Assembly (NCBI GenBank): GCA_965178125.1
Contig: OZ237764.1
Span: forward strand, 310,001-374,000
Length of the DNA: 64,000 nt
Direction: 5' to 3'
Origin: Bilabrum cf. latius
Lineage: Eukaryota
The notes under the pieces were generated by a model. It worked only from the letters and a program-made list of their open reading frames with translations, made no database searches and had not been told where the DNA came from. Numbering within the stretch: position 1 is the first letter of the stretch; every line of letters begins with the position of its first letter. Shown here piece by piece: positions 23,347 through 35,300 of the stretch. A program made the translations under genes and the position numbers.

Positions 23347-26300
23347 ATGGCTTATCGTCGTCAACCCAGTAACGTGTACCATTTGGATTATACCAGTGTT
23401 GCATTGCGGGGAGAAATTCAGACAAAATTGCTTTCTTACTGCATTATTCTGTGCGCAATACGCGCACTTAGTATAATACACATTCAGTTTACACTGGCTG
23501 GTGAGAAATATGCAGCAATTCGCCTTGAATTGGTTTCTGAACTCGGATCCATGTTCCAAAGCGCTCTCGGCGGGAACGACGATGTTTCGCACCATATTAA
23601 GCTCTCTGGCTGGTGTCGCACGAAATAGGTTGATATGTCAAGGACTATTGTAGGCTATGCTAGCTATGATGACTCGTTTAAACTTGTGAACGCAGTTCGA
23701 AGTCGCTAGCAGCGTATACCCAGGTGCTCTTCCATTGCTAGCTGGCGGTACAATGTCTTTCAGCCTCCCATTTTCGATCAAGACCCAAGTTTAGAAGCAC
23801 ATAAACGTGCTGCAGCATGATGCGGATCCAGTCGCCGGGCTTTTCGAGCTTGCCGCTCATGACGGTGATTTTGCGACCGCACTTATTGAAGGAATTCAGG
23901 ATGACGATGTATGCAACAAACCCGAAATGGAGTACGTGCTAACACCTGATGATCGCAAGGATGCTGTTTGGAGAGCTGTGCTCGCGGTTAGAGCAGCTGC
24001 CGCTGGCCATGAAGAAGACGGGCTAGCCAGGCCGGGCCTGCTCGCCTCCATTGCTGAAGAACTCAGTGCGACGGGCAGCGCACCTTCTGACTTTCACAAG
24101 CTTGTTGAGTACCGGCTTGCAGTTCTAGAGTACGCACTGAGGTTGGACCTGATCTTGAGGTCGACAAAAGACGTCGCGCGGCTAACCATGGACGTCCCAA
24201 GGCCTGCAATGCCTGTGTCAGGTATGCGCGTGGTACGAGGACCAAATTGGTGGTAAGTCATGAGTACCTTGAAACGGTCCAATTGATTGCTGCCATCGAT
24301 ATGGAAACGGGCCACTGTTGCTATGCCGGCTGCAAGCTACCAAGCGCTCCGCTGCCAATGCTAGCAACCTGTGCTCTTGCCAACTATACCGCAACCGCAG
24401 CTGGAAAGACGAAGACGGCAAGAAAGGGAACCTCGGAACTATAAAAACTGTTGCACCCAAGGCTCCTGTGCCCCAGCCAGGCGGCGAGGGTGCCGCAGAA
24501 CAGGGCCCCGCTTGCATCGTCCGCGTGCAGTGGGACGGGAGTGCTTCCATGTCCGATGTGGCGTACCGTTGGAACGTGGTCGTGCCCCCCCTTTCTGACG
24601 AGGCCTCAGATGAGGATAAGGCAAAGCACCGCAAGGAGGGGGGAACTGGCCGCAAGTTTGACCTGCAGGTAGTCGCGATGCCTATGGCCTACACGACCGT
24701 GCTGGCCAGGTGCACGGGCAGCATGGCCTTGGCGCGGTACTCATCAGAGCTGAATACAGATGCCGAGCCCGTATCGCGCCAAGCACTTTTCAAGCAGTTG
24801 CTGAAGCTGCAACCGAATCCCGTACACCACGGCACACTCCAGTGCCAAGCATTCAGGGACACGATCCCTGTCGCCGAGAAGATCGGTGGCATGTCGATGG
24901 ACACCATCGCTGATGTGCTACTGGGCGAAAGTCACGGGTCGCCCAAGGCAATCGAGGCTATGGCGGAGGCTATGCACGCGCAGGCTAACGCCGTGAGCAT
25001 GCACGCAAAGGCAGTCGTGTCTGCATACGGCCGCGGGAACAGGCGCGGCAAGCCAAGCAAGTCGGACCGCAGGAGCATCAACAGGGCCAAGGACAAGGCC
25101 AGGGAGCTGCTCGCCAAGGCCTCGAGCATAAACGACGCAGAGCAGGGCCCCGGTGGGGCTGCCACGGCGGGGATCATGCTGCCCGGTGGACGGCTCCCGG
25201 TCACGAGGGAGGATCTTGGCACAGCCGCCAAGCAGCTCAGGGGTCTGTCGTGGTCCCTTGCGCATGCCGCTTTTCTCCGCATCGAGAAAGCGCTCAGGGA
25301 CGTGAAGAGAGACGGCGCTGCCGATGCTGCTGCAGCCAAGAAGCCGGTCACAGCTCCTGGTCCGGGTCCAGCAGACGAGGACCTATATCAGATGGTTCGA
25401 GCCCTTGGGCCCGACCCATCCGCGGAACTATCCGCGGAGGCCTTCGGCGACGGCCTTAAGAGAGACCAGGGCTACCTCATTAACGGGGCTTTGGAGCGGG
25501 CCGTGCTAAATGCCATGCGCATGGTGATCGGCGCGGCTGCGGAGACGCTCCGCGGCACCGAGGCGTAGCGCTCCATTGCTAAGGCCGCTGGGATCGTGAA
25601 CGCGGCCAAGCGAGCGCAGATCAAGGCAAAGCAGGACATTGCGCAGGCGAGAGCTGCGAGGGAGCAGGCGGAGTAGGAGGGTGATGCCTCGCCTCGCCGC
25701 GGGCGCAGCTCCTCAACGGACAGCGAAGGATCGGCCATGTCCGAGCCCGAGAATGTGGACGCTTTCATGAGGCGAGCAACGGGAGCTGCTGCGGGAGGAA
25801 GTGCGTCTGATGGTTCAGATGCGCCTCCGAGCGCTGCAGTTGCAGCCGGTGGTGCTACCCCTGCGAGTACGGGAGGCACGTCCTTGTCCCATTCTGGCGG
25901 TGAAGACCAGGAGCGGCTGGACAGGCAGATAAGGGACTTCAGGCTTGGCAGCAGGGGGGCACAGGCCGCGGAGGCAGTTGCGCTTGCCGAGCTGGCAGTG
26001 GCACGGTTCATGGCTCGGAAACAGAAGAAGGGCAAGAAGGCGTCTGCGGGCCCCTCGGCAGGGGGTGCTGCCTCTGGAGCGGCTGGGGTGGAGGCGGAAG
26101 ATCCTATCTTGGCTCGCTTGGAGGAGGTGGCCAAGGAGGCTGTGGACCGTGCAGAGAAGGCAGAAGCTTTGGCCGCGCCCGAATCGATCCGCGGGAGCCA
26201 TGGCTTCACTCGTGTGGCTCAGGACAAGGGCATCAACTCTCTCGCGGTTATGGCTGCGGCAGTACTCCGGGCGTCGTCAGTGGCGGTGGAGGCCACGGTG

Positions 26301-29300
26301 GAGCAGATCAGGCAGCTTCTAGCAGAGGCAAAGAGGAGAGGAGGGGACGCAGTCGACTCGGAGATCGAGCACAAGTTCGGTCTGATCTCGAATGCCCTGT
26401 GGGACGGTGTGTGCGGGCGGCTGTGCATGCCCCTGGTTCTGTCTTTGCTGCCGTTTGCCTCGAATCTGCCAGTGGCTATTCTGCTCCTTCCCTCTCTGGT
26501 TCGACTGACAAAGGCCGTCAGCGAAGCAGTGCAGGTGCTGCCAGCTGCTAGACAGTCGGCCAAGGCAAGGGAATAGCACGAGCAGAGAGTACTCAGGTCG
26601 AGCGCAGCGGATGAGATGGCCGGCGGCAGTGGGGGCGGCCAGGGTGGCGAGCACTACGAGACTCCTCCGCCTGCTGAGCCGCAGCATTCTCCGCTATTCT
26701 CAGGCAATTGGAACGCCGACCCGCCCGCGGATATCGAGGGCGGCATGCGAGCGCGCAACCGCTTCGTTGTTGCAACCATGCTGTCGCGGCCCTCCAATGA
26801 AGCTGGTGGCGCGCCGGGGCGCACCCACTGGCTCGTTGACCTTCAGCATACGCTGGTCCTGCTGTCCTCGCGAATGACAGCCACCTCCGTAGCTGGCGTG
26901 CCCGAGGGCCGAGTGGAGCACGCGGCCCAGCCCTGGCTTCAGAGCGGGATCCTATCTGGCGGAGCAGCACTCCGCTCCCTCGAGTCGCTCAGGGCAGATG
27001 CAGCGCGGTCTGCCCACGGCACCGACACGGGCGGTGGGACGGCTCTCTCCGAAGCTGCAGCCAAGATGGCCACGACTGCCGATGAACTGTCGTGGGACAA
27101 CGAAATGTTCTCGATCGCGGCGGGGGAGGCAGGGGCAGCTGCAGGCAGCGGATCTGAAGGAAGGGAACCAGCGGACCCGTCGGTGGCGTCTGCCAACCGC
27201 AGCGCTGCCCTCCTGGCAGAGGACCTCACCCAGACCGTGCGCTGGCAGGCGGCGCTGTGCGTCGGCGAGGACTCGGCGTAGTACCCTGTCAGTGACCAAG
27301 AGGCACTCACGGCGATGAAGGCCGCTGACCCTCGAGTCAACGGCGCGGCACGACCGGCAGCAGATGCTGAGAGCAGCAGCGCTTCAGGCAGCGCGGCGGA
27401 CGATGCAGAAAGCAGGGTCGATGGGCTTAGCGTGGTACAGCTTCAGCGCGTTGCCAGCGACGGCGGCGTGGCTGATGCGGCACGTCACCTGTCCGACGGG
27501 GTAGAGCTCGACGTTGCCGCCGAGATCGAGGGATGCCTGTGGGATGTCGCGATGAACCGGCAGTTCAGTCCCTCGGCGGAGGTTCTCGAGACCATTGCCG
27601 AGGCATGCGCTGCCGCAGCAGAGAGCTGCGAGGACGAGGGGGAAAAGGCTCGTCTGCAGGCAATGTCCGACGTAGCCTCTTCAGCGATTGATCCAGCGAC
27701 AGAAGGATCCCTGTCGTCCTCTACTGTGGGAAAAGCAGTGGTGCACCAGGTGAGAAAGATGACAGGGTACAGGTACAAGCTTCCGGAGGGGGTCCGGCCC
27801 AGGGATGCAGCTCGCGTGCTCGCTGCCCTGTGCAAGCACAGCGGGCTCGGTGTTGAAGTGTACGTGCGTTGTACCGCCGCGACTATGCAGTCAGCACCCT
27901 CTTCGGAGGCCACCAAGGCGGCGGAGAAGCTAGTGTCGCTACCCTTGGGATCTCGCATGACAGTCGCCTGGCAGCAGACGAGGGAGTACTGCCGGTTTGC
28001 GGAGCGGCTGGTGACCTTCGACAGCAGCGATTTCTTCCAGCAGGCGCTCTCGACCATGCCTGAAGACCAGGGCCTCGGCGTGTCCAAGTGGCCCTGGCAT
28101 TCCGAAGCCAATTCCATCGTAAGGCGCAGTGCAGAGTCTGCACAGCGCCGGGCGAATGAGCTCGCTGCGGAGCACCTCGCTGCACGCCGTGGTGGCGGCA
28201 GCAGCGAGAGCAAGGAGGCGGAGGGTGGCGCCGAGGGCGAGAGCAAGGAGGCGGAAGAACCAATAGTTGCAGGCGAGATAGCTCCCGCTGGTATGGCCAG
28301 AGAGGCCTCAGAGGCATCGGAAGAGGCCGAGGCGCAGATGACAGCGGCCGGGGGGAGGCGATTCTATCGCGGCCGGGACGGCATGGACGTGGTGACGAGC
28401 TGGAAGGAAGCTCGGGTGCAGCTTGGCCGCAGGGCTCTGTTCATCTTGGCCATGGCTCCTGCCCAGCGGGTCGCGCGGTACCCGGTGCAGCAGCCAAGGG
28501 AGGCACTGGCACTTGAGAAGCTGCTGGCTGGGGATGAGGCTCGCAGCGGCGACGGCAGCGGAGGCGAGGCACCCGCAGGCTCGCTGGCACCTCTTTCCAT
28601 GTCACGATGGAGGTCTGCTTTGGAGCGAGGGGAAGGCAGCGGAGCCGGATTTGGCGGGGCTGCCGGCTCCGACTTGGAGTTACCGGGAGGAGAGGCTGGC
28701 TCACTTGCCGAAGCAGTCAGCCGCGGGCTGCCTCAAGACGGTGACTCCACCAAGCTGCTGATGGCGAACGCCATCCTGTATATCATGCACGGTGACCGGT
28801 ACCCACCCAGGGTGCTGCTCACTGTGATGCGGGCCAGGCACGCAAGGGCAGCACAGCGAAGGTACGGCCTGCGAGCTGCTCTTGCGCTGCTCAAGGTGGC
28901 ACCGCAGGCTGTGTGTCGCAGGGAGGTGCTGGCTCAGCTGAGGCCCGCGCTTCGAACCAAGGTCTCGTGGGGCTCTGGGCATGCTGGCCCTGTATCGGCG
29001 ACTGGTAGTGTCGCTGCCAGCCAGTCCCACGCCGCGGCTACCTCGGCCAATGGTGGCCCTTCCTCTGGTGCCGGTAGTGGTGGTGGCGCCCCGCCGTCCG
29101 CTGCCGATAGCAGCCCCGGTTTTGATCCGTTCACGGGAGCTGCGGTGCCATCGGTCGGTGTTGCAGATGCACCTGCAGTAGCTGAAATGGCCAGCGTGGA
29201 CCTGAAAGAAGAGACTGAGGAGGCCCGCAGGCTGAGCGTGACTGTGCGTCATCACGCTCTGAAGGGCCTCGAAGGGGTCGACACGAGCGCTCGCCGGGCG

Positions 29301-32300
29301 GTGTTCTCTGCGTTTGTCGAGGTGGGCGTCCTCGTGTCGGAGCTGCAAGCTGCCAGCGAGGAAAACGGCGAGGTGTTGCTTTCACACGCATGCCAGTGGC
29401 TGCTGGGTACGGATCATCAGGCTTCAGAGCACGAATTCATCCTCAGGACGGGCATCCTTCCTCGGCTGTACGCGTCTTTCAGCATCGTGCCTGGTCCGTT
29501 GCTGCTGCACGGGGCCGGTGGCTCTCCTGCTGCGAGTGGCCGCGGGGCCAGGTAGTCCCAGTGGTCGGCTTGGTCGGAGGATTTCGTGCGTCGCGCTATG
29601 GCGAGCGGTACCCTGTCTCGTTGGGAGCTGCTGGCCCACGTCGCATCGGCGGGAGCGCCCCCAGGTGACGCGAACAAGGCCTGGTTCGAGGACACTGGGC
29701 TGCCCGGCACGGAGGCGGGCGCACTGGCACGGTCCCTATCGGAGGCCCAGGCCATCGCGCTGTACAGAGAGGCAGCGCGCCGCTGGGAGGCGGCTGGGCA
29801 AGCACCGACTGGCAGCTCGGTTGTCGGGCACGCGGGCTCAATGTCCGCTCCGCCCATGGCCCGCCTCGCATCCACAGATGCACCCGGTGGGGTCGCTGGT
29901 CCGGCCAGCCCTGATGCCGTGGTGAGGGCGAACCTTCGGAGCAGTTCGTGGTCGTTGTTTAAGAGGATCACTGTGGGGGCAGTGGGCGTCCGCAGGCGCG
30001 ATGGGTTTGACTGGATGCAGTCGGTTGTGGCCTGCCATGGCCCCGCCATCGCACGAGACGCCTTGCAACTGGCCTGCCTGCCGTCTCCCGTTGAGGCCTC
30101 CGCCGGAGGAGGTACTGGCGTGGCCCCTGCGATCAAGCCAGTGGACCCGAACGCGGTGGCGGCCGTAGTGAACCTGAGCCACATCCATCGCGACGCCCAG
30201 CCAGCCAGTGCCACTGCCGCATGGTTCGCGGCACACGCCGATCGCGCACGACAGCTTGTGGCAGGTGACCTGTCTGCCGGAGAGGGAGACCAGGCGGACC
30301 GGCCCGCCATCACCCAAGGCCCCGCCGCGGGCAGCGTATCTTCCAGTGGCAAAGCGATCGACACTGCGCAGCGCATTCGTCACACTGTGTGGCTGTGGAG
30401 GCGGGCACTCGCCTGTCTCGCAAGCGAGACCATCTCAGCGCTGGCCGTGGTGGCTGCATCAGCAGCCGAAGGGCTGCCCGCGGGATCCGACCCTCTAGCT
30501 GTAGCTGCAGGCGTCCTGGGTGGCGGGGGGACAGGCCCCGCAGCATCTACGGCAGCCGCCCGCGCCGCTGGGCTGCTTGACAGCGTCACACCGGCTGCTG
30601 CCGAAGATGCCTTGTACCGGAGCCTGGCCCTGTTTGCCTCCACGCGCACTGTGCCAGCGGTGACCAGCGCTCTGCAGCAGCCCGCCATGCTTCGGCTGCT
30701 GGCGCTGGCCACGAGGTTTGGGTCGCTCAGGGTGCAGCGCACATCATTGCGGCTGTGGACCTCCCTCCTTGGAGCCGTGGATCTGTCAGTTGCTGATGCG
30801 TGCGTGCAGGATGCGCTGAAGTGCACACCGCAGGCATCCGCCGTTCTGCAAGACTCGGCGTCTAGTGGCCCAGGCCAGCTAACCGCCCGATGGCTCGCTC
30901 TGATCGTGGGCAGCACTTCCCCTGTGGCGCATGCGAGGCAGCAGATGGGAGTGGACGGCAAGCCCCATGCGCGAGAGGACAAGCCCGAGGCTGCAGCCAC
31001 AGCCAGGTTTCTCACAGTCGGGGGGCTCGTGGTGCCGCGCCTCAGGGGGGCGGGCCACCACATCACTGACATGGCGGAGGAGGCCGTCAGTGCCCTCCGC
31101 CGCATGCTTCGCTGGGCCGAGACTGCCGCCGTACTAGCCAGGCAGGCCAGCATCGATGACGATGCCGCGGCAGGGGGAGCGAGTCCCACCCTCTCGAGGA
31201 GCAATTCCATTTAGGCGGGTGAGTGTGGGCCCATGTGGAGCGATGCTATCTGCGTCGTGCTACGAGCCGCATTTAGCACCGACGCTGTTGCTGCCGCCAA
31301 AGCTGCACAAGACGAGCAGGCTGCCCTGGCCATACAGGCAGATGACACAGCTGCAACGTTGGCCGCTTCCGGTGGAGATGCCAAAGCTTTGTAGCTGAAA
31401 GCAGATGGCAAAGACGGCGGTGTGGGGACGGCAGGTTCAGCCAATACGCCGGCCTCCCATGCGCACGCGCTGTGCATGCTTCAGTCGGCCTTGGCAGTGT
31501 TGGAGGGTCACATTCCCGTGCTTCGGGTGGGCGGGCTGGTCTGCACCTCGGAGCAGCGCGCCAAGGCAGGTTCGCACGCCGAGCTGAGCGCGCTTCGTGA
31601 GCGCCATGCTGCCCTGGTGGTGGACTACGATCCAATGGCGTAGCCTTCGCACCAGCCGGGCGTAAGGATCGTTGAGGACAGCGGGCGCGGAGACGGGCCG
31701 GGCGGCCATGTCCAGGCAGATAGCCTTGTTGCTGCCGATACCCTGACCCCGCTCGGGCCTGCGCCAGCCCCTGCCTCTGCCCTGCGGAATGTGCTCGGCG
31801 CGTCTTCGGATGGCTCGTCACCCATGGAGGTGCTGCGTCAAGTGCTTGAAGTGGCCGCTTCGCTGAGAGTGTCTCCACCTGCAGAGGACGATGACGAGCT
31901 GAGAGGCAGGGAACAGGAGGAGAGCAAGTAGGAAGTAAGCGCATAGGCTACTGGCCTGTCGCGCTGCGAGGTCCTGGACTCATCGTCAGCAGTGGTGCAG
32001 ATTGCCGCAACTGGGCTCCGGTCACTTGAGGTTGCAGTTGCGGTGCAAGAGGTGGCAATGGAGGCAGTACGTGCTGGCGTGTTGGCGACCATCCAGGGGC
32101 TCGCCGAACAGGTGGTTGACCGCAGGAGAGTGTTGTCGCTCGATTTAGCGCTGCTGAGGAGCGTCCATCTTCGGGAGCGCATGCTAGAGTGGGACGCTGG
32201 CTTGATATTTGGTGCCGCGTGGCAGGCAGTTAAGTCTGAGAAGGAGCTGTCACCCGCAGAGCAAGAGCGCAAGGTCCAGGCTGAGGGTATTGCGGGCATG

Positions 32301-35300
32301 CTTGGCATGTCCGTCGAACTTGCTGTTCGCGCTCTGAAGGTCAACAACGACGACGCCAACGCCGCCGTCAACTGGCTCATGGAGGGCCACGGCGAGGCAC
32401 TCGAGTCGGGAGGAGGCCTAACAGAGGGGCCGCAGGGTAGGACGGACAGCGACAAGAGGCTCAAGCTGGCCATGGAACTCGCCTAGAACTTCGGCAAGCC
32501 GCCTCTGATCGTGATCCGTGCCCTGGAGATGTTCGGGGACGACTAGAATCGCGCCATGGAGTGGCTCATGGACAAGGGGGACAGATACATCCCCGGCCTG
32601 TCGGTGCCGGACGTCCCCGCCGCGATGCAGACGGGTCGGGGCGCGGCAGGCACGAGTTAGATCCCCAAGCGATTCCTCCAGGTGGCGGGCGTGGTGCCCA
32701 AGGCTTCGTCCGGGGAGGAAGACGAGGCCGAAGCAGGCGATGCTGGGACCAGTGGAGCTTCCGACCAGATCGATGATTCGGCAGCAGTGGAGGACCTTGA
32801 TGTGGGTCAGGTGGAGCCGATGGTGCAGGAGTGTGACCCCAGAAGGGTTGGATCCCTGCTGGGCGCGCCTGCCGGCAGTGGTGGTGCTGGGGCTGCTAGC
32901 GCGGCGCGCGGCCCCGGGTTGGGCGGCGGGAGCGGTGACGGCGACTCAAGCAGCGCCGTGCGCAGAATGAGGGTTGCTTATCGGACCACTGCACGCGACG
33001 TCTCGTCCTTCTCTGATCTGTCAGCTCGGGTGCAGCTGCAGACGATGGACCGGATGGTGACCGCCGTGTTGGACGGACAGGTGGATCACTCTGAGATCTT
33101 GGATCTCATCAACACCGCTATTCGGACCTCGAGGGGCAGCTCGCCGTCGCAGGTCATGGAGCGCGTGTACGACTCCCTCGCCGAGTTGACAGATGCCTAT
33201 GGGTAGGAGCTTCCGGAGTTCGAGCACTTCATGGAGGAGGGCCCGGAGGCATTTGCACAGATTAACGGGCTCGAGGATCTCGATGAAGCGGGCGGTGACT
33301 ATTCAGGCCTTCATTCCTACAGTGATATTGATGCGCAGCTTAGGGGCTATGACCAGTCTAGCCGCTACGGTCGACCCGCTGCAAGGGGCGCTCCGTCCTC
33401 TTCATCTGCCGCCGGAACTCTCCACTTGGGGCAGGCAGTCAGCTCCAAGAGGGGCAAGAACCGGCGGAACGCGCGTCGCCAGTCGAAACCCACTAGGGAG
33501 GGTGCTGCACCTCGCATGCAGCTGGCGATCGGTGGGGCCGTGCTGCTCGCCCGTGGGCCCGTCGCCGATGCAGCCGCGACTGTGCTGGGCGGGAGTGCTC
33601 TGTCCTCCGGCACAACGGATGGCGCAGCTACGGGAGGGCAGTCTGGCACGGGGCCGGGCGTAAGCCAGGGTGTTGGCATTCCGTTCGCAATCGGTGTCAG
33701 GGCACTTGCACCGGAGCTTGAGGGTGGAACCTCTAGCACCGGTAGCCGCCCTGCCGGCCGCATGATCGGCGTGGACGATTTCGGCCGATTCAACAGATAG
33801 CTCGCGCAGGCACAGGTGCTGGAGCGCCTGGTGGAAGCTGGCTTGGAGGCGGACGAGGGCCAGCTGCGGACGGAAATTGACGCCCACAACAAGAAGTACG
33901 AGAACACGAGGCTGGCTCGTCTGGAGAAGCACCGCGAGAGACTTAGGCGCAGGAGGAGAGGACGGAGAGGAGCCGGGGCTGGGCTGGGCGCGGGAGATGC
34001 GGGCGGGAAGAGCAAGTCAGCGGAGCCAGCAGTCGTGCTTGGGCCTGGCGAGGAGGACGAGGACGCGAGCTGGCTGGTGCGCGTGCCGGTGGCCAAGGCA
34101 GCGGAGTTCGCATCCAGCCTGTGCGGGCCTCTTCATATTGTGAGCGCGGTGGAGAACGGAGCCGATGATGATGAGTACGCACGGGCAGAAGAAACGGGAG
34201 TGCTCGTGCGACTGGGGACTGGAGCCGAGGCAGCCTCTGGGGCAACTCCGTCCGCTATCGTTTGCCTCGACACGGAAAGGTCGCTTCCGCGCGTCGTGCT
34301 CTGCAGGGTTGGGCAGCTTCGCGCCCACTCCCACACCTTTGCGTACCCCGTGACATCGTCTGGCGATGCGAGGACTGTGGCAGCAGCAGCTGATCTGGCC
34401 GTGGCGGTCCTCACTGCCCGCCGTGCCTTTGCTTCCATGCTGGTCTCTTGGCCCACGCAGCTACCGCACCCTCTCGGGTAGGGTGCAGGCAGCGACCTGG
34501 CCATGCGCCCTGCAGAGGGCAAGTCAACCTCTCAGGCCAGCACCCACGATGACGATACCGCAATCGCCGCGGCACAGGTGGTCGCCCGCAGCAGCTTCCT
34601 GCGCGTCCTCAAGCTGACAGCAGCAGCGGAGGACGCGGTCGCTGGGACGGGCAAGATCCCGACCGGGCAGGGCCTGGGCATTGGCAGCGACGGCGCGCTG
34701 ACTCTCCCCAGGGGGGTGCCTGCCATCTCGGCCCTCTAGCTCTTGCTTAGGCGCTGTCTCGCGTCGGAAACGTCCCGCATGGAGCAGGGCCTCGAGGACG
34801 ACCCTGCGGTTGCGAGCGGCGCAGCGGCCGCAGCCAGTGGTGCCGGATCCAGGGCTGACGCTAGCCCCTTGTTCTCTCGCTCCCTGGTCGCAGAGGTCAG
34901 CCGGAACATCCTGAGCGCCACCAGGGTCGGGGGGGCGCCATCCGCGGAACGGAAGATGCGGGAGTCGCTACATCCCCACATACCGAGCGGCAACGCATTC
35001 GATACTATCACGTGCCCGGGAGCTCGTGCCTTGTGGATCACCTTTGACCCGCGGTGCAGCCTGAGCGGCGGCACCGTGCTTCGGTTCCGAGGGGGGTCCA
35101 AGAAATCGGGTGCCACAACAGGTCAGTTCACTGGGGAGGGCGAGGCATGGCGACCCTTCGTGGTGCACGGGGACACTGTCAACGTCGAGTTCGCAGCGCA
35201 GGCCAGGGAACACTGCGGGTGGGGCTACCGCTTCTGGGTGGCCCCCATGCACGGCCTGCAGTGGGAGAACGAGGCGGAGGCGCCCGAGGAGGGGTCCCTC

